Shown here in pieces: positions 8,765 to 19,101 of a DNA stretch of 64,000 nt (its first letter is position 1; every line of letters begins with the position of its first letter). The translations under genes were made by a program, and so were the position numbers. This stretch comes from Candidatus Pyrohabitans jungbluthii (GTDB taxonomy: Archaea; Hydrothermarchaeota; Hydrothermarchaeia; Hydrothermarchaeales; BMS3B): NCBI GenBank assembly GCA_002010065.2, contig MTMD02000002.1:544001-608000 (forward strand). Reading direction: 5' to 3'. Under the pieces are notes generated by a model that was not told where the DNA came from, did not search any database, and saw nothing but the letters and a program-made list of their open reading frames with translations.

Positions 8765-10470
8765 GGTATGCTCTTGCTTTCGTGGTTTTCCTAATATTAA
8801 TCTCAGGTGTTGCTCATGCTCAGTCGGAAATAGTACTCGTTGACAGTGTCTTAGGCTTGGGAAATTATGAAGCAAGATCTACCAACATCTTCAAGCCGGG
8901 GGATACCGTAAAAGTCTACATGGAAGCGGACGACGTAAACCACCGCGGCCTTGTGGCGGTGAATTTTGTGGTGTTCCTGTACAACACCTATAGTGGTCAT
9001 TATGAGCTTTGGGATTTTCAGAGGCTCAGGGTGAGGTACCTCAACTACAGGGAAAAGGATACATATGCGGTTTACGAATTCAAAATACCTGAAGACTTCA
9101 ATCCCGGGGAATATACAATAAAGATTGCAGCCTACGACGTTGCAAATGAAGAGAATTTAAACGAGGTTTTCGCACAAATGCAAAACTTTTTTGAACCTGA
9201 TTTCTCAAAACCCAACACCTATGTGAATGCTCCGCAGGGTGAGGATGCAGCGGACGCGTACTATGGAAACCTGGGATTAATTAAATCAGAGGACTGGAGA
9301 ACGCTGAAGTTCATAAAAACTCTCAGCTTTAAGGTGGTTACTTCCCCGCGGGAGGTGGAGGAGCTTGCCAGCAAGGTCAATTTTACAAATAAGATAAACA
9401 TAACTGCCACCTATCTGGGGTTGTTAAACGGCTCCCATCAAAACGGCATTTTTAAACAGGGAGGAGAAATGGCAATAAATGTCACAGCCAGAGGGATAAA
9501 CCACCAGGGGCTTGTGGCACTTGACTTTATTTTTACAATAGTGGATAAAGACCTCTTGCCTTTGGCGAAGCCTGAGACTTACAGGGTACGCTTCAAGACA
9601 TATAAGGAAAGGGACTTCACCTTTACCTACAACTTCACAGATAAAAAACTTGAACCCGGTGAATACTACCTTGATATCAAAATTTATGACAGAGCAAATC
9701 CAGATTACATTGAAGATGTGCTGAATGCATTGAAGTTCACGTCTGATTTCGACACCTCAAAGATAACCACATACCTTAACATGCCCGAAGGGGTTAATGT
9801 GAATGACAACACCTACTCATCTATTGGCGCTCTAAAGGCGATGGACTACACCACCCTTGTATTTTCCTCTAAGATACCATTTAAAGTGATTAAAGAGGAA
9901 GAGGTTCCCATAGAAGTCCTGGAGGAGCTGAAGCCAGAGATTGAGGTGCTTGAGCTTGAGACAAGCAAATATCTGCTAAAGCCAAACGAACCCTTTAGGG
10001 TGATCCTTACTGTCAAGAATCACGGAGGCAGCGGGAGGGCTTCCATAACCGTTACTCTGTCAGGCGAGACTCGTGAATATCGCCTGCCAAAAGACTTTTT
10101 ATTTGAGGCGAATGAGACCAGAAAGGTATCTTTTGAGATAAATCTGCCCATGGAGGAAGGAGTCTGGCGAGTAGGCGTTGTGAACACCACAATCATTCGC
10201 CCTGTTTTCGTCTTTGCAGGTGAGCTGGGCAAGAAGGAGGAGGTGCCTGAGGAGGAACTGGAAGAGCGGCTCAAGCCGCAAAAGAGGGAGAGGAACCCCT
10301 ACCCAATGGCCATCCTTGCAGCAGTTCTGTTGCCTCTCTTAATTCTCAAGCTGGTTATTAAGGGCTTGAAGATACCGGTGAGTGAATGGACCGGATTGGG
10401 TCTAAACTTTACAATAGCTGTTGTTCTTATCCTCTTTGCCGCTTATGCCGTCTATTATTTCATTTTATGA
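8761..10470 (+). CDS. Membrane-anchored surface protein with a duplicated beta-sandwich domain and a CARDB-like domain
   Basis: Signal peptide; two copies of NHxGLVA...PGEY...YDxAN...TYxNxPxG; CARDB-like VKNHGG; two C-terminal TM segments. Confidence 0.8.
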   Translation: MRYALAFVVFLILISGVAHAQSEIVLVDSVLGLGNYEARSTNIFKPGDTVKVYMEADDVNHRGLVAVNFVVFLYNTYSGHYELWDFQRLRVRYLNYREKDTYAVYEFKIPEDFNPGEYTIKIAAYDVANEENLNEVFAQMQNFFEPDFSKPNTYVNAPQGEDAADAYYGNLGLIKSEDWRTLKFIKTLSFKVVTSPREVEELASKVNFTNKINITATYLGLLNGSHQNGIFKQGGEMAINVTARGINHQGLVALDFIFTIVDKDLLPLAKPETYRVRFKTYKERDFTFTYNFTDKKLEPGEYYLDIKIYDRANPDYIEDVLNALKFTSDFDTSKITTYLNMPEGVNVNDNTYSSIGALKAMDYTTLVFSSKIPFKVIKEEEVPIEVLEELKPEIEVLELETSKYLLKPNEPFRVILTVKNHGGSGRASITVTLSGETREYRLPKDFLFEANETRKVSFEINLPMEEGVWRVGVVNTTIIRPVFVFAGELGKKEEVPEEELEERLKPQKRERNPYPMAILAAVLLPLLILKLVIKGLKIPVSEWTGLGLNFTIAVVLILFAAYAVYYFIL

Positions 10471-10484
10471 TAATGGGGTAAGGC

Positions 10485-10938
10485 GGTATTGGGACAAAAC
10501 TCCTCTAGGCTGGATTCTCACCCTCACCGTAAACAGGTTATGCAGCACAGCGATGACAAAGATAGCCATCTCCTGTCTATCTTCTCTTCTCTGCCTGAAA
10601 AACCAGCTTCACTCAGGTTGCGTTTGAAATACCTCTTCAGGTAGCTGAGAGGCGAGCATCTTCAGGATAATCCTGCTTAGAAATATTCTTCTTAGGGATA
10701 ACGTATACTGCCACTTCCTTTCCCAAAAGCTTAAGCACTTTCTCGAGCTATAGTATTTATCCAGTGAAATTGAATCAACCTTAGCCCCGAGTTTTTCAGC
10801 AATTTCATTGCCTTATGAAAAACCTCCATCTCAGATTTATTTGGAATAACCAGGTAGGAAACGGAGCTAAGAAGTTCCTGGTAAAAGAGCTCACGTGATA
10901 ATAGTGGATGAGTAACTATCCAATTTTGTCCCAAAGCC
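10485..10938 (-). mobile_element. Non-autonomous, internally deleted IS (ISA1214-like, ISNCY), 454 bp
   Basis: 15-bp TIRs GGTATTGGGACAAAA (10485) and TTTTGTCCCAAAGCC (10924-10938), 13/15 match; 9-bp TSD GGGTAAGGC/GGATAAGGC. Confidence 0.85.
10500..10850 (-). pseudogene. Frameshifted and deleted transposase C-terminal remnant
   Basis: Stitched minus-strand frames read NKSEMEVFHKAM / SISLDKYYSSRK / VLKLLGKEVAVYVIPKKNI / YLKRYFKRNLSEAGFS / RQRREDRQEMAIFVIAVLHNLFTVRV, resembling archaeal ISA1214-type transposases as recalled. Confidence 0.8.
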
Positions 10939-10963
10939 GGATAAGGCACAAAAATTAGGAGAG

Positions 10964-13900
10964 CTATCCAAAAATTTTTACAAATCGCCGGTTAATGTAC
11001 AATAAGATTACAGCCAGTAAAAGGATGAAGTTTGGTCCACACAGATATTTCTTATTACCAGCTTCTAAATCCTCATGGGCTATATTTTCTTTTTTCATAA
11101 TAATTCTTCCTTTTCCTTTTTGTCGTGTTTTATCCACCATTTCCGCAACCGCGAATTCTGATTCATTGAATGTGGTTTCTTTAAAAGCTTTTTCTAGGTA
11201 TTTTGAGACGAATACATTTAATGGCTTTCTTTCCACATCAAACCAGCTTTTTACAACCAGTACAAGCTCATAACTCTTATTTGCAGTAGCGCTGGTGGGT
11301 ATTGTTAGGGTGATGAGGTGTTCGCTTATTCCTGGGAGGATATACCCCCTGAAGGATGGGCTGCTCCACCCATGGGGCAGATTTTCGAGATACACTTCTA
11401 CGCCAGGTTCAGCATAGTTGCTGCTCAATTTTACCCTGATGGGCACTGAATCTCCTGGGTAGATAGTCTTCGTGGGCAGAGCTACTTCGAGAATAGTAAT
11501 TCTGTGAGACATGCCATCTCCGTCTGAAACTTCATAGGAACTGCCTGTGTTACTCTGCTTGCCCATCACACCCCAAAGGGAGAGCCCACTAACCCTTGCC
11601 CAGACATAATGTGAGGATGTATCAACTCCAGAGTCAAAGAGAGTAACATTACCCAGAGGCGCTGGGCACGCGAGAACTTCGCAATCGGCCCTTATCCAGC
11701 CTTCCTTGGTGAACCTTGCAACTCTCAGGGATTCCTCTTTTATATCCTGAGGTATATCACTCTGGTTGTAGTATATTTTTAGGATGATGTACTCCATGTC
11801 AGAAAGCCAGGTTGAGTTATCTTCAGAAAAGTTGAGGAAGATGGGCAGGGTTAGATTTTCTTCTACGCTTTCTGGTAAGGAGGTGGAAATGTTTACGGTT
11901 ATATTACCACCAGTCGTTGTGTTGCCTGCTTTGAAAACCACCTCATAGCTGCCCAGCAGAGTGTTCACCACACCAGTGCTGTAGTTCTCACCCCCAGCGA
12001 GGTGAGGAATCGTATGGTGTTTTATGAGGGTTGTGATCACTGTAAGATTTCTCACACCTGTGGAAATAACATTCTGAGCAAGGTCGTTCACTACCAACTC
12101 CCAGGTGTGGTTTCCATCAGCAAGCTGCACTTTTTTCACGACCTGGCTACCATTGGTGAAGGTGCCAAAGTACTGCTGGGCGCCACCGTCTATGATCAGC
12201 CTGTATGCCAGAGTTTCATCCACGTCATCGCCTGCTTCAAACTTAAAGGATACCTCTGCTCTGGTGGAGATGTAATTGTTTACCGGTTCAACCCCTTGCA
12301 GGTATGGCGCCTGAGAGTCCACCCTAACCTCTATGGCTTCGCTTTCATTGCTGTTGCCAGCTTTGTCATACACTTCCACAGGGAGATAATATACTCCAGA
12401 CGTTATATTCCCCACAACAACTGAGTCGTTGATGTAAAAGCCGTTGTTCTCGCTGAGGAGCACTATACCCGCTCCGATTGTGGAGGCATTTACCACCACT
12501 CTGTCTACCTTTTCATCGAAGGCGGTGATGTTAAGTGTTATGACATCCCCGGGCTTTGCGACGCTCTTTCCACTTGGATATATGGTAGGGTTCACCGTAA
12601 CGCTGGGCGGGGTGTTGTCCACGATAATTGTAAAGCTCTGAGTACTGTTCTCATTTCCTACGCGGTCTTTGGCAGAAACATTAAAGGTGTAGGAACCCTC
12701 CGGGTATTCGATGGAAAACGAAGCCCCAAAAGCCCCCGGGCTGACCTCCACCATTGTGCTAATGGGGCTTCCATTTTCATTGAGTATTTTTATGGAACTG
12801 GTGTTAACACCTGAGAGAAGGTCAGCAATGGAAGCGTTTACCCATAGTGAAGCGCCTGTGGTGAGATACTCGCTGCTAATGCTGATGTTCTCTACTCGTG
12901 GAGGTGTCACATCCAGTGCGGCAAAGCTGTGTTTTATGCTCTCTGCGTTACCTGCCCTATCCACAGAATAGTATTCTATTGTGTGGTTTCCTTCAGTATC
13001 GATAAAAATCTGGTTCCCCTCCTGCCATGAGGAGTTGTCTATCCTGTAATATGTATAATTGCAGCCCGATAGGTTATCGGTGCAGCTCAGATTTACCGTA
13101 AACTCTGACCTCTGCCATTCTGAGGGTGCATCGTCGCTGGTTGAGGGAGCGCTAAGGTCTACGGTGAAGTTCCAGGATTCTGAGCTCTTTGAGTTTCCTG
13201 CGGAATCTGTACAGTTTGCATACCAGGTATAGACACCTTCAGAAAGCTCTATGTAAGTCTGATTTGAAGAGTTGCCGGGCAGGTTAGAGAAGTTAAGCCT
13301 CAGGTTTTTCTCCCCGTTTATGTAAACATCGCAGTAGGAAAAGTTGCTCAGATTCTCCTCTATGCTCAATCTGAAGAGTATGGAGCTTATATTGAAGATT
13401 TCCTCGCTCCTGGGAGTCTCTCTGTGCAGCGTGGGTGGTGTGTTGTCCACCACAATTGTGAGCTGCTGGCTACTATTTACATTCCCGGCCACATCTCTTG
13501 CTGAGAAGTTGTAGGTGTGGAGCCCTTCGAGATAATCCACTGTAATCTCTGCCATAAAGGAACTTTGGCTTATGTTGTGCATCTGTGCCAAGACTGTGCC
13601 GTTTTCATAGAGGATGAAAACTGAGCTGTTATCCACGCCAGAAGCTGCATCGTATACCTCGACAGTGACAGTGATAGTATCGCCCGTTCTTAAGTATGTT
13701 CTGCTTGCAATGGGATTCTCAAACTTAGGGGCCTGGTTATCCAGCCTGTCCGTTAGAGGGAGATAATCTATGTTTGTTCCGCCTGAGATGTTGTAGGGTT
13801 GTTCTCCTATCCCGTCCCCATCTGTATCCCAGCCTTCGTAGCCAGAGTAGAAGTTGCCTCCTGTAGAGGAGTTCCAGTAGTTGGTGCCGCTGTCGTAGAC

Positions 13901-16411
13901 GCTGCCGTATATAAAGTTACTGTAGATGAGGTTATTAAAACACGCCAGCACTTTTAATCCATAATCCTGGTTTCCTGTGATGTTGTTTGAGCTAATGGTA
14001 TTGCCGTGGCTTTTCTCCAGTGTTATGCCAAGGTAATTTTGCTCAACCTTTATATCCTGTATGCTCGAGCCGTTGGTGTTATACAGGTAGATTCCAGAGG
14101 CACCGCTTGCGTTTGCTCCCCTTATGGTGAACCCTGAGATATTTACAGCAGAGGTGTTGCTAATTAGCAGGGCATGCGCTGAGGGATCAGCGGCTACGAT
14201 AAATGTTGAAGTGTTCCCTCCGCCGATAAGGTTTATGCTCTTGTTCACGAATACGTTTTCAGTATAGGTGCCAGGGGCTACATACACCGTCTCTGCTGGT
14301 GTGGCATAATCTATGCCCGCCTGAATTGTAGGTACTTCCTCGGGCACTCTAATAACTGAGGCGTTTACCGTGAAGCTCACCGCTGAAGCATTTAGATTGC
14401 CCCAGCTGTCGTTGGCATACACAGTTAAGTTATGGAGACCATTGCTCAGGAAAGAGAGGTTAAGTAGCAGTGTGTTGCCAGCAAAGGGGGTGCTGTTATC
14501 TCCGTCGTCCACCGAGTACCATATAAAGGTGGTGCTCTCATCGGAGATACTAACGTTGAGTAGTGGTGTGTGGTCCCCCTGTACTGAGCCATTCGCTGGG
14601 GAATGTATTTGAATCTCTGGCGGAGCTATATCCACAGGATTTACCCTTACGGTGAAGTTCTCAAAGCTTGAGGTGTAGTTCTCGTTTCCTTCAAAGGTGG
14701 CATTGAAGTAAAAGACTCCGCTGGTGTTCATTTGTATGATAACCTCAAGGGGTGATGAGCCTGAAACCAGGACTTTGTCAACGCCATCGGAGTAGTTGGT
14801 AGTAACGGTGACATTTCCTGAGTCCGGCACCACCAAGACGGCTGTAAAGTTCAGGGTATCAAACTGGTTCACAACCGCATCGCTACGGGTACCATTTATG
14901 TAGAGGTGAACCGAGGAGTCAGCCTTTAAAACCTCAAGCGCTTGGGAAACACTTCCGCTGGTGTAGTTCTGTCCGCCTGAGGTGTTGAATACGTAAATGT
15001 AAACCCCCGCAGCTAAGGTTGAGATATCAGGGTTCGCCACTGGCGTGCCATTCCTGTATAAGGTGTATGTAACGTCCTCATCGCCTAAGTTGGTTTCCAT
15101 GCCGGTTATGTTCGTCTCGCTCCCGTAGGTAACGCTCCACCCTGGCGAAGCGGTTAGGTTGAGGGTAGGCGAGGCTTTGGAAACAGTGTAATAAAAGATG
15201 TCGGTGGCGTTGACCAGACCTTCGGTGTTGTTGGCATACATTCGCCACTGATAAACCCCTGCGGCAAGGGAGGGATAGGTGTAGGAGTAGGTTGACCCGG
15301 AGTAGCTGCTCACAGTGTAGTTGACCAAGCTTCCTGTGAAGTTGTGCTCTATTAACACGGTGTCAATTGCAGAATCCGGCTCGCTCCATGTTACATTGAA
15401 CTGGTAGGTTTGGGAAAAAGAGTAGCTAACAGGCGCTGGAGGCGAAGCTGAGGGGTTGCTCCAGAGGGGAGGAGTGGTGTCTGCAGGTGCTGCTATCTCA
15501 ATCGTCCTGGTCTCACTTACGTTGAGATTCCCTGCACTGTCATTAGCCCACACGCGATAGGTGTAATTCCCATTCGCCAGGTTGGTCTTGTTTATATACC
15601 AGTTCGTCCCGCTCCCGCTCATGCTCTCGTTGGTGCCGTTCCACTCTAACCAGGCTGTTCCAGGTTCGCTCAGAGTGACGTTTATGAAAGTGTATCTGCG
15701 GTCTGTTATTGTAGCTCCATCAGGGTCAGTTGGTGGGACGAAGGTTATAGTGGGGGGTGTATTGTCGGGCGGTTGCCACGGCCAGACCACTAGAGGGTAG
15801 GGGTCCTCGTTGTTGGAATCTATGATGTAGGAACTGTCGCAGATGTTGTCCCCGTCCGAGTCAGTGCAGTCAGTGTTCTTCTCCCACTTATTGCCCACAT
15901 TGTAGCCGTCGATGGTGGAGTACCAGGTGTTTGTAACTAAAAAAGTTAGAGAAATAGTTTCGTGATAATCTTCTTGGGTATTGTTGAGGTAGTTGTTGTA
16001 GTATGTAGCACCATTCCCGGTATTTTCAATACCATAGTAATTGGAGGATATATTATTTCCTGTTATCACAGCGCTGGACCCTACTTGAATTCCTCCCTCC
16101 CAGTCGGTTATGACGCAGTTTCTTACCGTAACATTGACCAAGTCGGTGGGTATAGAAATTCCTATACTATTAGAATTATCAGTCCCATCTATTCTGTAAC
16201 CCTGACAGTCAAGCACAACGTCACTTGCGGAGATAGTTATGCAGGTGGAAGCGTAAGAGTCGATTATGTCACCTATTAGATAGTAAACACCTGAAGTGTC
16301 AATGTTAACCCCACATGAACTAATCGTCGCAGCACTACCCTCTCCAACAAGGGCAACAAAAGCTACCACCAAGCACAGGAGGAGTTGTCTTATTTTTTCC
16401 ATGGCACCCAA
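10964..16411 (-). CDS. Large cell-surface glycoprotein: two NosD/CASH beta-helix regions, many Ig-like repeats, CGP-CTERM
   Basis: Signal peptide; beta-helix repeats with DxDGDxIxD motifs; repeated D(N/T)TPP...YTxxVxAxDxAGN units; C-terminal LCGP + TM + RR. Start may be the ATG at 16402. Confidence 0.88.
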   Translation of the reverse strand: MGAMEKIRQLLLCLVVAFVALVGEGSAATISSCGVNIDTSGVYYLIGDIIDSYASTCITISASDVVLDCQGYRIDGTDNSNSIGISIPTDLVNVTVRNCVITDWEGGIQVGSSAVITGNNISSNYYGIENTGNGATYYNNYLNNTQEDYHETISLTFLVTNTWYSTIDGYNVGNKWEKNTDCTDSDGDNICDSSYIIDSNNEDPYPLVVWPWQPPDNTPPTITFVPPTDPDGATITDRRYTFINVTLSEPGTAWLEWNGTNESMSGSGTNWYINKTNLANGNYTYRVWANDSAGNLNVSETRTIEIAAPADTTPPLWSNPSASPPAPVSYSFSQTYQFNVTWSEPDSAIDTVLIEHNFTGSLVNYTVSSYSGSTYSYTYPSLAAGVYQWRMYANNTEGLVNATDIFYYTVSKASPTLNLTASPGWSVTYGSETNITGMETNLGDEDVTYTLYRNGTPVANPDISTLAAGVYIYVFNTSGGQNYTSGSVSQALEVLKADSSVHLYINGTRSDAVVNQFDTLNFTAVLVVPDSGNVTVTTNYSDGVDKVLVSGSSPLEVIIQMNTSGVFYFNATFEGNENYTSSFENFTVRVNPVDIAPPEIQIHSPANGSVQGDHTPLLNVSISDESTTFIWYSVDDGDNSTPFAGNTLLLNLSFLSNGLHNLTVYANDSWGNLNASAVSFTVNASVIRVPEEVPTIQAGIDYATPAETVYVAPGTYTENVFVNKSINLIGGGNTSTFIVAADPSAHALLISNTSAVNISGFTIRGANASGASGIYLYNTNGSSIQDIKVEQNYLGITLEKSHGNTISSNNITGNQDYGLKVLACFNNLIYSNFIYGSVYDSGTNYWNSSTGGNFYSGYEGWDTDGDGIGEQPYNISGGTNIDYLPLTDRLDNQAPKFENPIASRTYLRTGDTITVTVEVYDAASGVDNSSVFILYENGTVLAQMHNISQSSFMAEITVDYLEGLHTYNFSARDVAGNVNSSQQLTIVVDNTPPTLHRETPRSEEIFNISSILFRLSIEENLSNFSYCDVYINGEKNLRLNFSNLPGNSSNQTYIELSEGVYTWYANCTDSAGNSKSSESWNFTVDLSAPSTSDDAPSEWQRSEFTVNLSCTDNLSGCNYTYYRIDNSSWQEGNQIFIDTEGNHTIEYYSVDRAGNAESIKHSFAALDVTPPRVENISISSEYLTTGASLWVNASIADLLSGVNTSSIKILNENGSPISTMVEVSPGAFGASFSIEYPEGSYTFNVSAKDRVGNENSTQSFTIIVDNTPPSVTVNPTIYPSGKSVAKPGDVITLNITAFDEKVDRVVVNASTIGAGIVLLSENNGFYINDSVVVGNITSGVYYLPVEVYDKAGNSNESEAIEVRVDSQAPYLQGVEPVNNYISTRAEVSFKFEAGDDVDETLAYRLIIDGGAQQYFGTFTNGSQVVKKVQLADGNHTWELVVNDLAQNVISTGVRNLTVITTLIKHHTIPHLAGGENYSTGVVNTLLGSYEVVFKAGNTTTGGNITVNISTSLPESVEENLTLPIFLNFSEDNSTWLSDMEYIILKIYYNQSDIPQDIKEESLRVARFTKEGWIRADCEVLACPAPLGNVTLFDSGVDTSSHYVWARVSGLSLWGVMGKQSNTGSSYEVSDGDGMSHRITILEVALPTKTIYPGDSVPIRVKLSSNYAEPGVEVYLENLPHGWSSPSFRGYILPGISEHLITLTIPTSATANKSYELVLVVKSWFDVERKPLNVFVSKYLEKAFKETTFNESEFAVAEMVDKTRQKGKGRIIMKKENIAHEDLEAGNKKYLCGPNFILLLAVILLYINRRFVKIFG

Positions 16412-18993
16412 GCCTTAAACAGAGCTAATACTACTATAGAGATTAAAATAACCAGGTTAGGCCCGCAGATGCCCTTCTTCTCTGGTGATTCTCCTTCTTC
16501 AACGATTTCCTCTTTGACAACCTCCTCTTTTTTCTCAGGTGGTTGAGAATAATCTTTACCGGAAGAGGCGGCTTTCTTCTTTGCCTCTTTCACCTGCTTT
16601 TCGCTGAACATCATAATTCCAAACTCTTCAAATGGAACAATGCTTCGGGTTTCCTGTACACTGTAGCCAGAGTTAGGGCTGCCTGAGATTGCGAAGAAAC
16701 CAAACCTATCGGTTTTCACAATAAAGTAAACATATTCGTAATCCTCTGAATAGGGCATGGTTTCAAGCTCTATCCAGACATTATCTTCTTTTATGTAACC
16801 CTTGATAGTATTAACGCTTACATCATTATTTTCCAGCCATGACTTTGCTATTCTGAATTTTATCTCTGCACTTGCAACATATGCATCAGGTTTATCAAAG
16901 TGTATTTTATAGTACCCATATACCTTTCCAGAAGGTTCCTCAAAAATGAAAGCTGGTTTTTCTTTGTGGGTATCCACACAGATCTTCGTATAGTACATAT
17001 CCTGGGCTCCAATAATGCCTATTGAAGCCACATCCGGCACTGCTTCGGGATCGAAAATCGCAGTGCCAGTGCTCCCAGCAAGTATCTTGGGAATTTCCAT
17101 ACAGTTCTCCGCAAGCCCGCCACCTCCACCGCCGCCCGCCGCTGGTGGAGGCGTCTCGCCCGGAGGTAGAGAAATCTCAGTAACGTTAATTGTCACCTCA
17201 TCGCTCGCCACGTTCCCTGCTGTATCGCTGGCTTCCAGTTTGTAGCTCCTCAGCCCCACACTGGAGGTATCAACAGACCATTCTATTGTGCTGCCGGATG
17301 CATAGACCCCACTAACTAAGAGGGTTTCGTTTAGATATATTCTGAAGTCTTTCGGGTGCTCCTCGGTAATTGTCCAAGTGATTGTTGTGGCGGTTCCCTG
17401 TTCAACTTCTGTTCCCGGACTAACGCTTCTGGTTATCTCAGGAGCCTCCAGATCTATCTCTATTGTTCTGCTCTCGCTGCTCCCCCAGTTTCCTGCGAGG
17501 TCTCTGCCATAAACCCTGTAGGTGTGTGTGCCGTGGGTAATCCCAGACTTTGTCCCAGACCAGCTATCCCCAGAGCCGCTCATCGAGATATTTTCTACTC
17601 CATCCCACTCCAGCAACGCCTCGCTCAAATCTTCGGTGGCGGTTATGGCAACTGTAATACTGGTGTCAGAAGTTACTGCTCTGTCCTGAGGCGTGGGTGA
17701 AACAAAGCTTATACTTGGTGGAGAGGTGTCAGGAAGCTCAACAGTAAAACTCACAGAAGCCTCGGCGATGTTGTTCGCCAAGTCGACGGCTATAATTTTA
17801 ATAGTGTGGCTACCCTCTGAGGCGTTGATGGTAATGGGCGGGCTGAAGGGCAGGTAGGCACCCCCATCTAGGGAGTAGAACCACCTTGCCACACCCTCGT
17901 CGGCGCTTACGTCGAGAGAAACCTCTGTGGAGGGGTATGTTATACTCTGGGGCGAGTTAATTGTTATCTGAGGCGGAGCTAGGTCCTTAAGTTCCTCTGG
18001 CGATGAAGTGGAATAGAGGGGTAGATTGTCACTTCCCAGAAGGCGGGTATAGGCATTGTAAGCAGAGTCTCCTATTCCATCGTTGTTGTTGTCGGTGCCG
18101 GTGTAGTCCCACCAGTAGTTGCCACCTATGTACTGCCCGCCGATGATATTTTCCCCCGAAGTTTTTGCGGTATTCCAGGTATTTGATGTATCTTCGCTTG
18201 CGGTGTTGTCCACGTATACGAAATTGTTGTAGAATAAGTTGTTTGAGGAGGAGGTTATAAAGATACCAACGGCATTCTCAACAGAAGAGTAGATAACATT
18301 GCTTTTAACAGTATTGGAGTTTGAAGAACTCTCCAAGACTATGCCGCCATTTGATACCCCTCCCTTTATATCGTTGCCTTCTATTGTATTGGAAGAGGAG
18401 GAGCGCAGGTATATTCCCATGGATGAGCTTCCTATAATGCCGTTGTTTTTTACAATGTTTCCATCGGAATTCTTTATTCTTAGGGCCTCTCTGCTGTAGA
18501 TAATCAAATTGTTTTCAACCGTCACGCTTGAAGCGTCTTCTAGCAGAATTGGATATGGGACTCCTATAAAAGCTGAATTTTTAATTGAAAATCCCTGCCC
18601 TGAAACTTTTATTCCAAATTTGGCTCCCTGGAAGACAAAATTTGACACCTCTGCGTTGTCTGCGGTTACTGTAATCAGCGTGTCAGTTGTCCTGGGTAAA
18701 AGTATGGGGTTGTTTTTACCTAGAAGCTTTAGACTCTTGGATAGAAAAATCCCAGCCTCTTCCTCATATATACCATCGCACACCACAATCGCGTCATTGT
18801 TCGCAGCCTCGGCAACCGCCTTTCTAATAGGATTTGGGTACTCGGAGGATGAGTAATAGCTATCTCCGTTTTCACAGGGGGCGGTCCCCTGGTAAACTAC
18901 CAGAGTTGCTGCATTTACTAAAGAAAAACTCAGCATTACAACAGCAAGCACCCACAGTTTCTCTGAATATCTATTCATTCCACAGTCCCTCAA
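16390..18993 (-). CDS. Cell-surface protein: NosD-like beta-helix, Ig-like domains, PGF-pre-PGF-like domain, CGP-CTERM
   Basis: GGNYW..Y.G.D.N.DGIGD; Ig repeats; PPPAAGGGGGGG linker; AEIKFRIAKSWL...FGFFAISG; KKGICGP + TM. Confidence 0.87.
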   Translation of the reverse strand: MRDCGMNRYSEKLWVLAVVMLSFSLVNAATLVVYQGTAPCENGDSYYSSSEYPNPIRKAVAEAANNDAIVVCDGIYEEEAGIFLSKSLKLLGKNNPILLPRTTDTLITVTADNAEVSNFVFQGAKFGIKVSGQGFSIKNSAFIGVPYPILLEDASSVTVENNLIIYSREALRIKNSDGNIVKNNGIIGSSSMGIYLRSSSSNTIEGNDIKGGVSNGGIVLESSSNSNTVKSNVIYSSVENAVGIFITSSSNNLFYNNFVYVDNTASEDTSNTWNTAKTSGENIIGGQYIGGNYWWDYTGTDNNNDGIGDSAYNAYTRLLGSDNLPLYSTSSPEELKDLAPPQITINSPQSITYPSTEVSLDVSADEGVARWFYSLDGGAYLPFSPPITINASEGSHTIKIIAVDLANNIAEASVSFTVELPDTSPPSISFVSPTPQDRAVTSDTSITVAITATEDLSEALLEWDGVENISMSGSGDSWSGTKSGITHGTHTYRVYGRDLAGNWGSSESRTIEIDLEAPEITRSVSPGTEVEQGTATTITWTITEEHPKDFRIYLNETLLVSGVYASGSTIEWSVDTSSVGLRSYKLEASDTAGNVASDEVTINVTEISLPPGETPPPAAGGGGGGGLAENCMEIPKILAGSTGTAIFDPEAVPDVASIGIIGAQDMYYTKICVDTHKEKPAFIFEEPSGKVYGYYKIHFDKPDAYVASAEIKFRIAKSWLENNDVSVNTIKGYIKEDNVWIELETMPYSEDYEYVYFIVKTDRFGFFAISGSPNSGYSVQETRSIVPFEEFGIMMFSEKQVKEAKKKAASSGKDYSQPPEKKEEVVKEEIVEEGESPEKKGICGPNLVILISIVVLALFKAWVPWKK

Positions 18994-19101
18994 AACACTG
19001 GCACAACCTTTGAGACAAACCTAACCAGTTAAAACTTTATCTTAAAAATTTTCATCATGATTAAAATAATTTTTTATTTTGGCAGTTTGTCAATTTAACA
19101 T

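Noticed and set aside
10421-10949. Short ORFs 10421..10627 and 10731..10949 as genes
   Set aside because: They are explained by the degraded IS element.
17110-17165. GC-rich low-complexity stretch
   Set aside because: It encodes the Pro/Gly linker of the surface protein and is not a separate repeat element.
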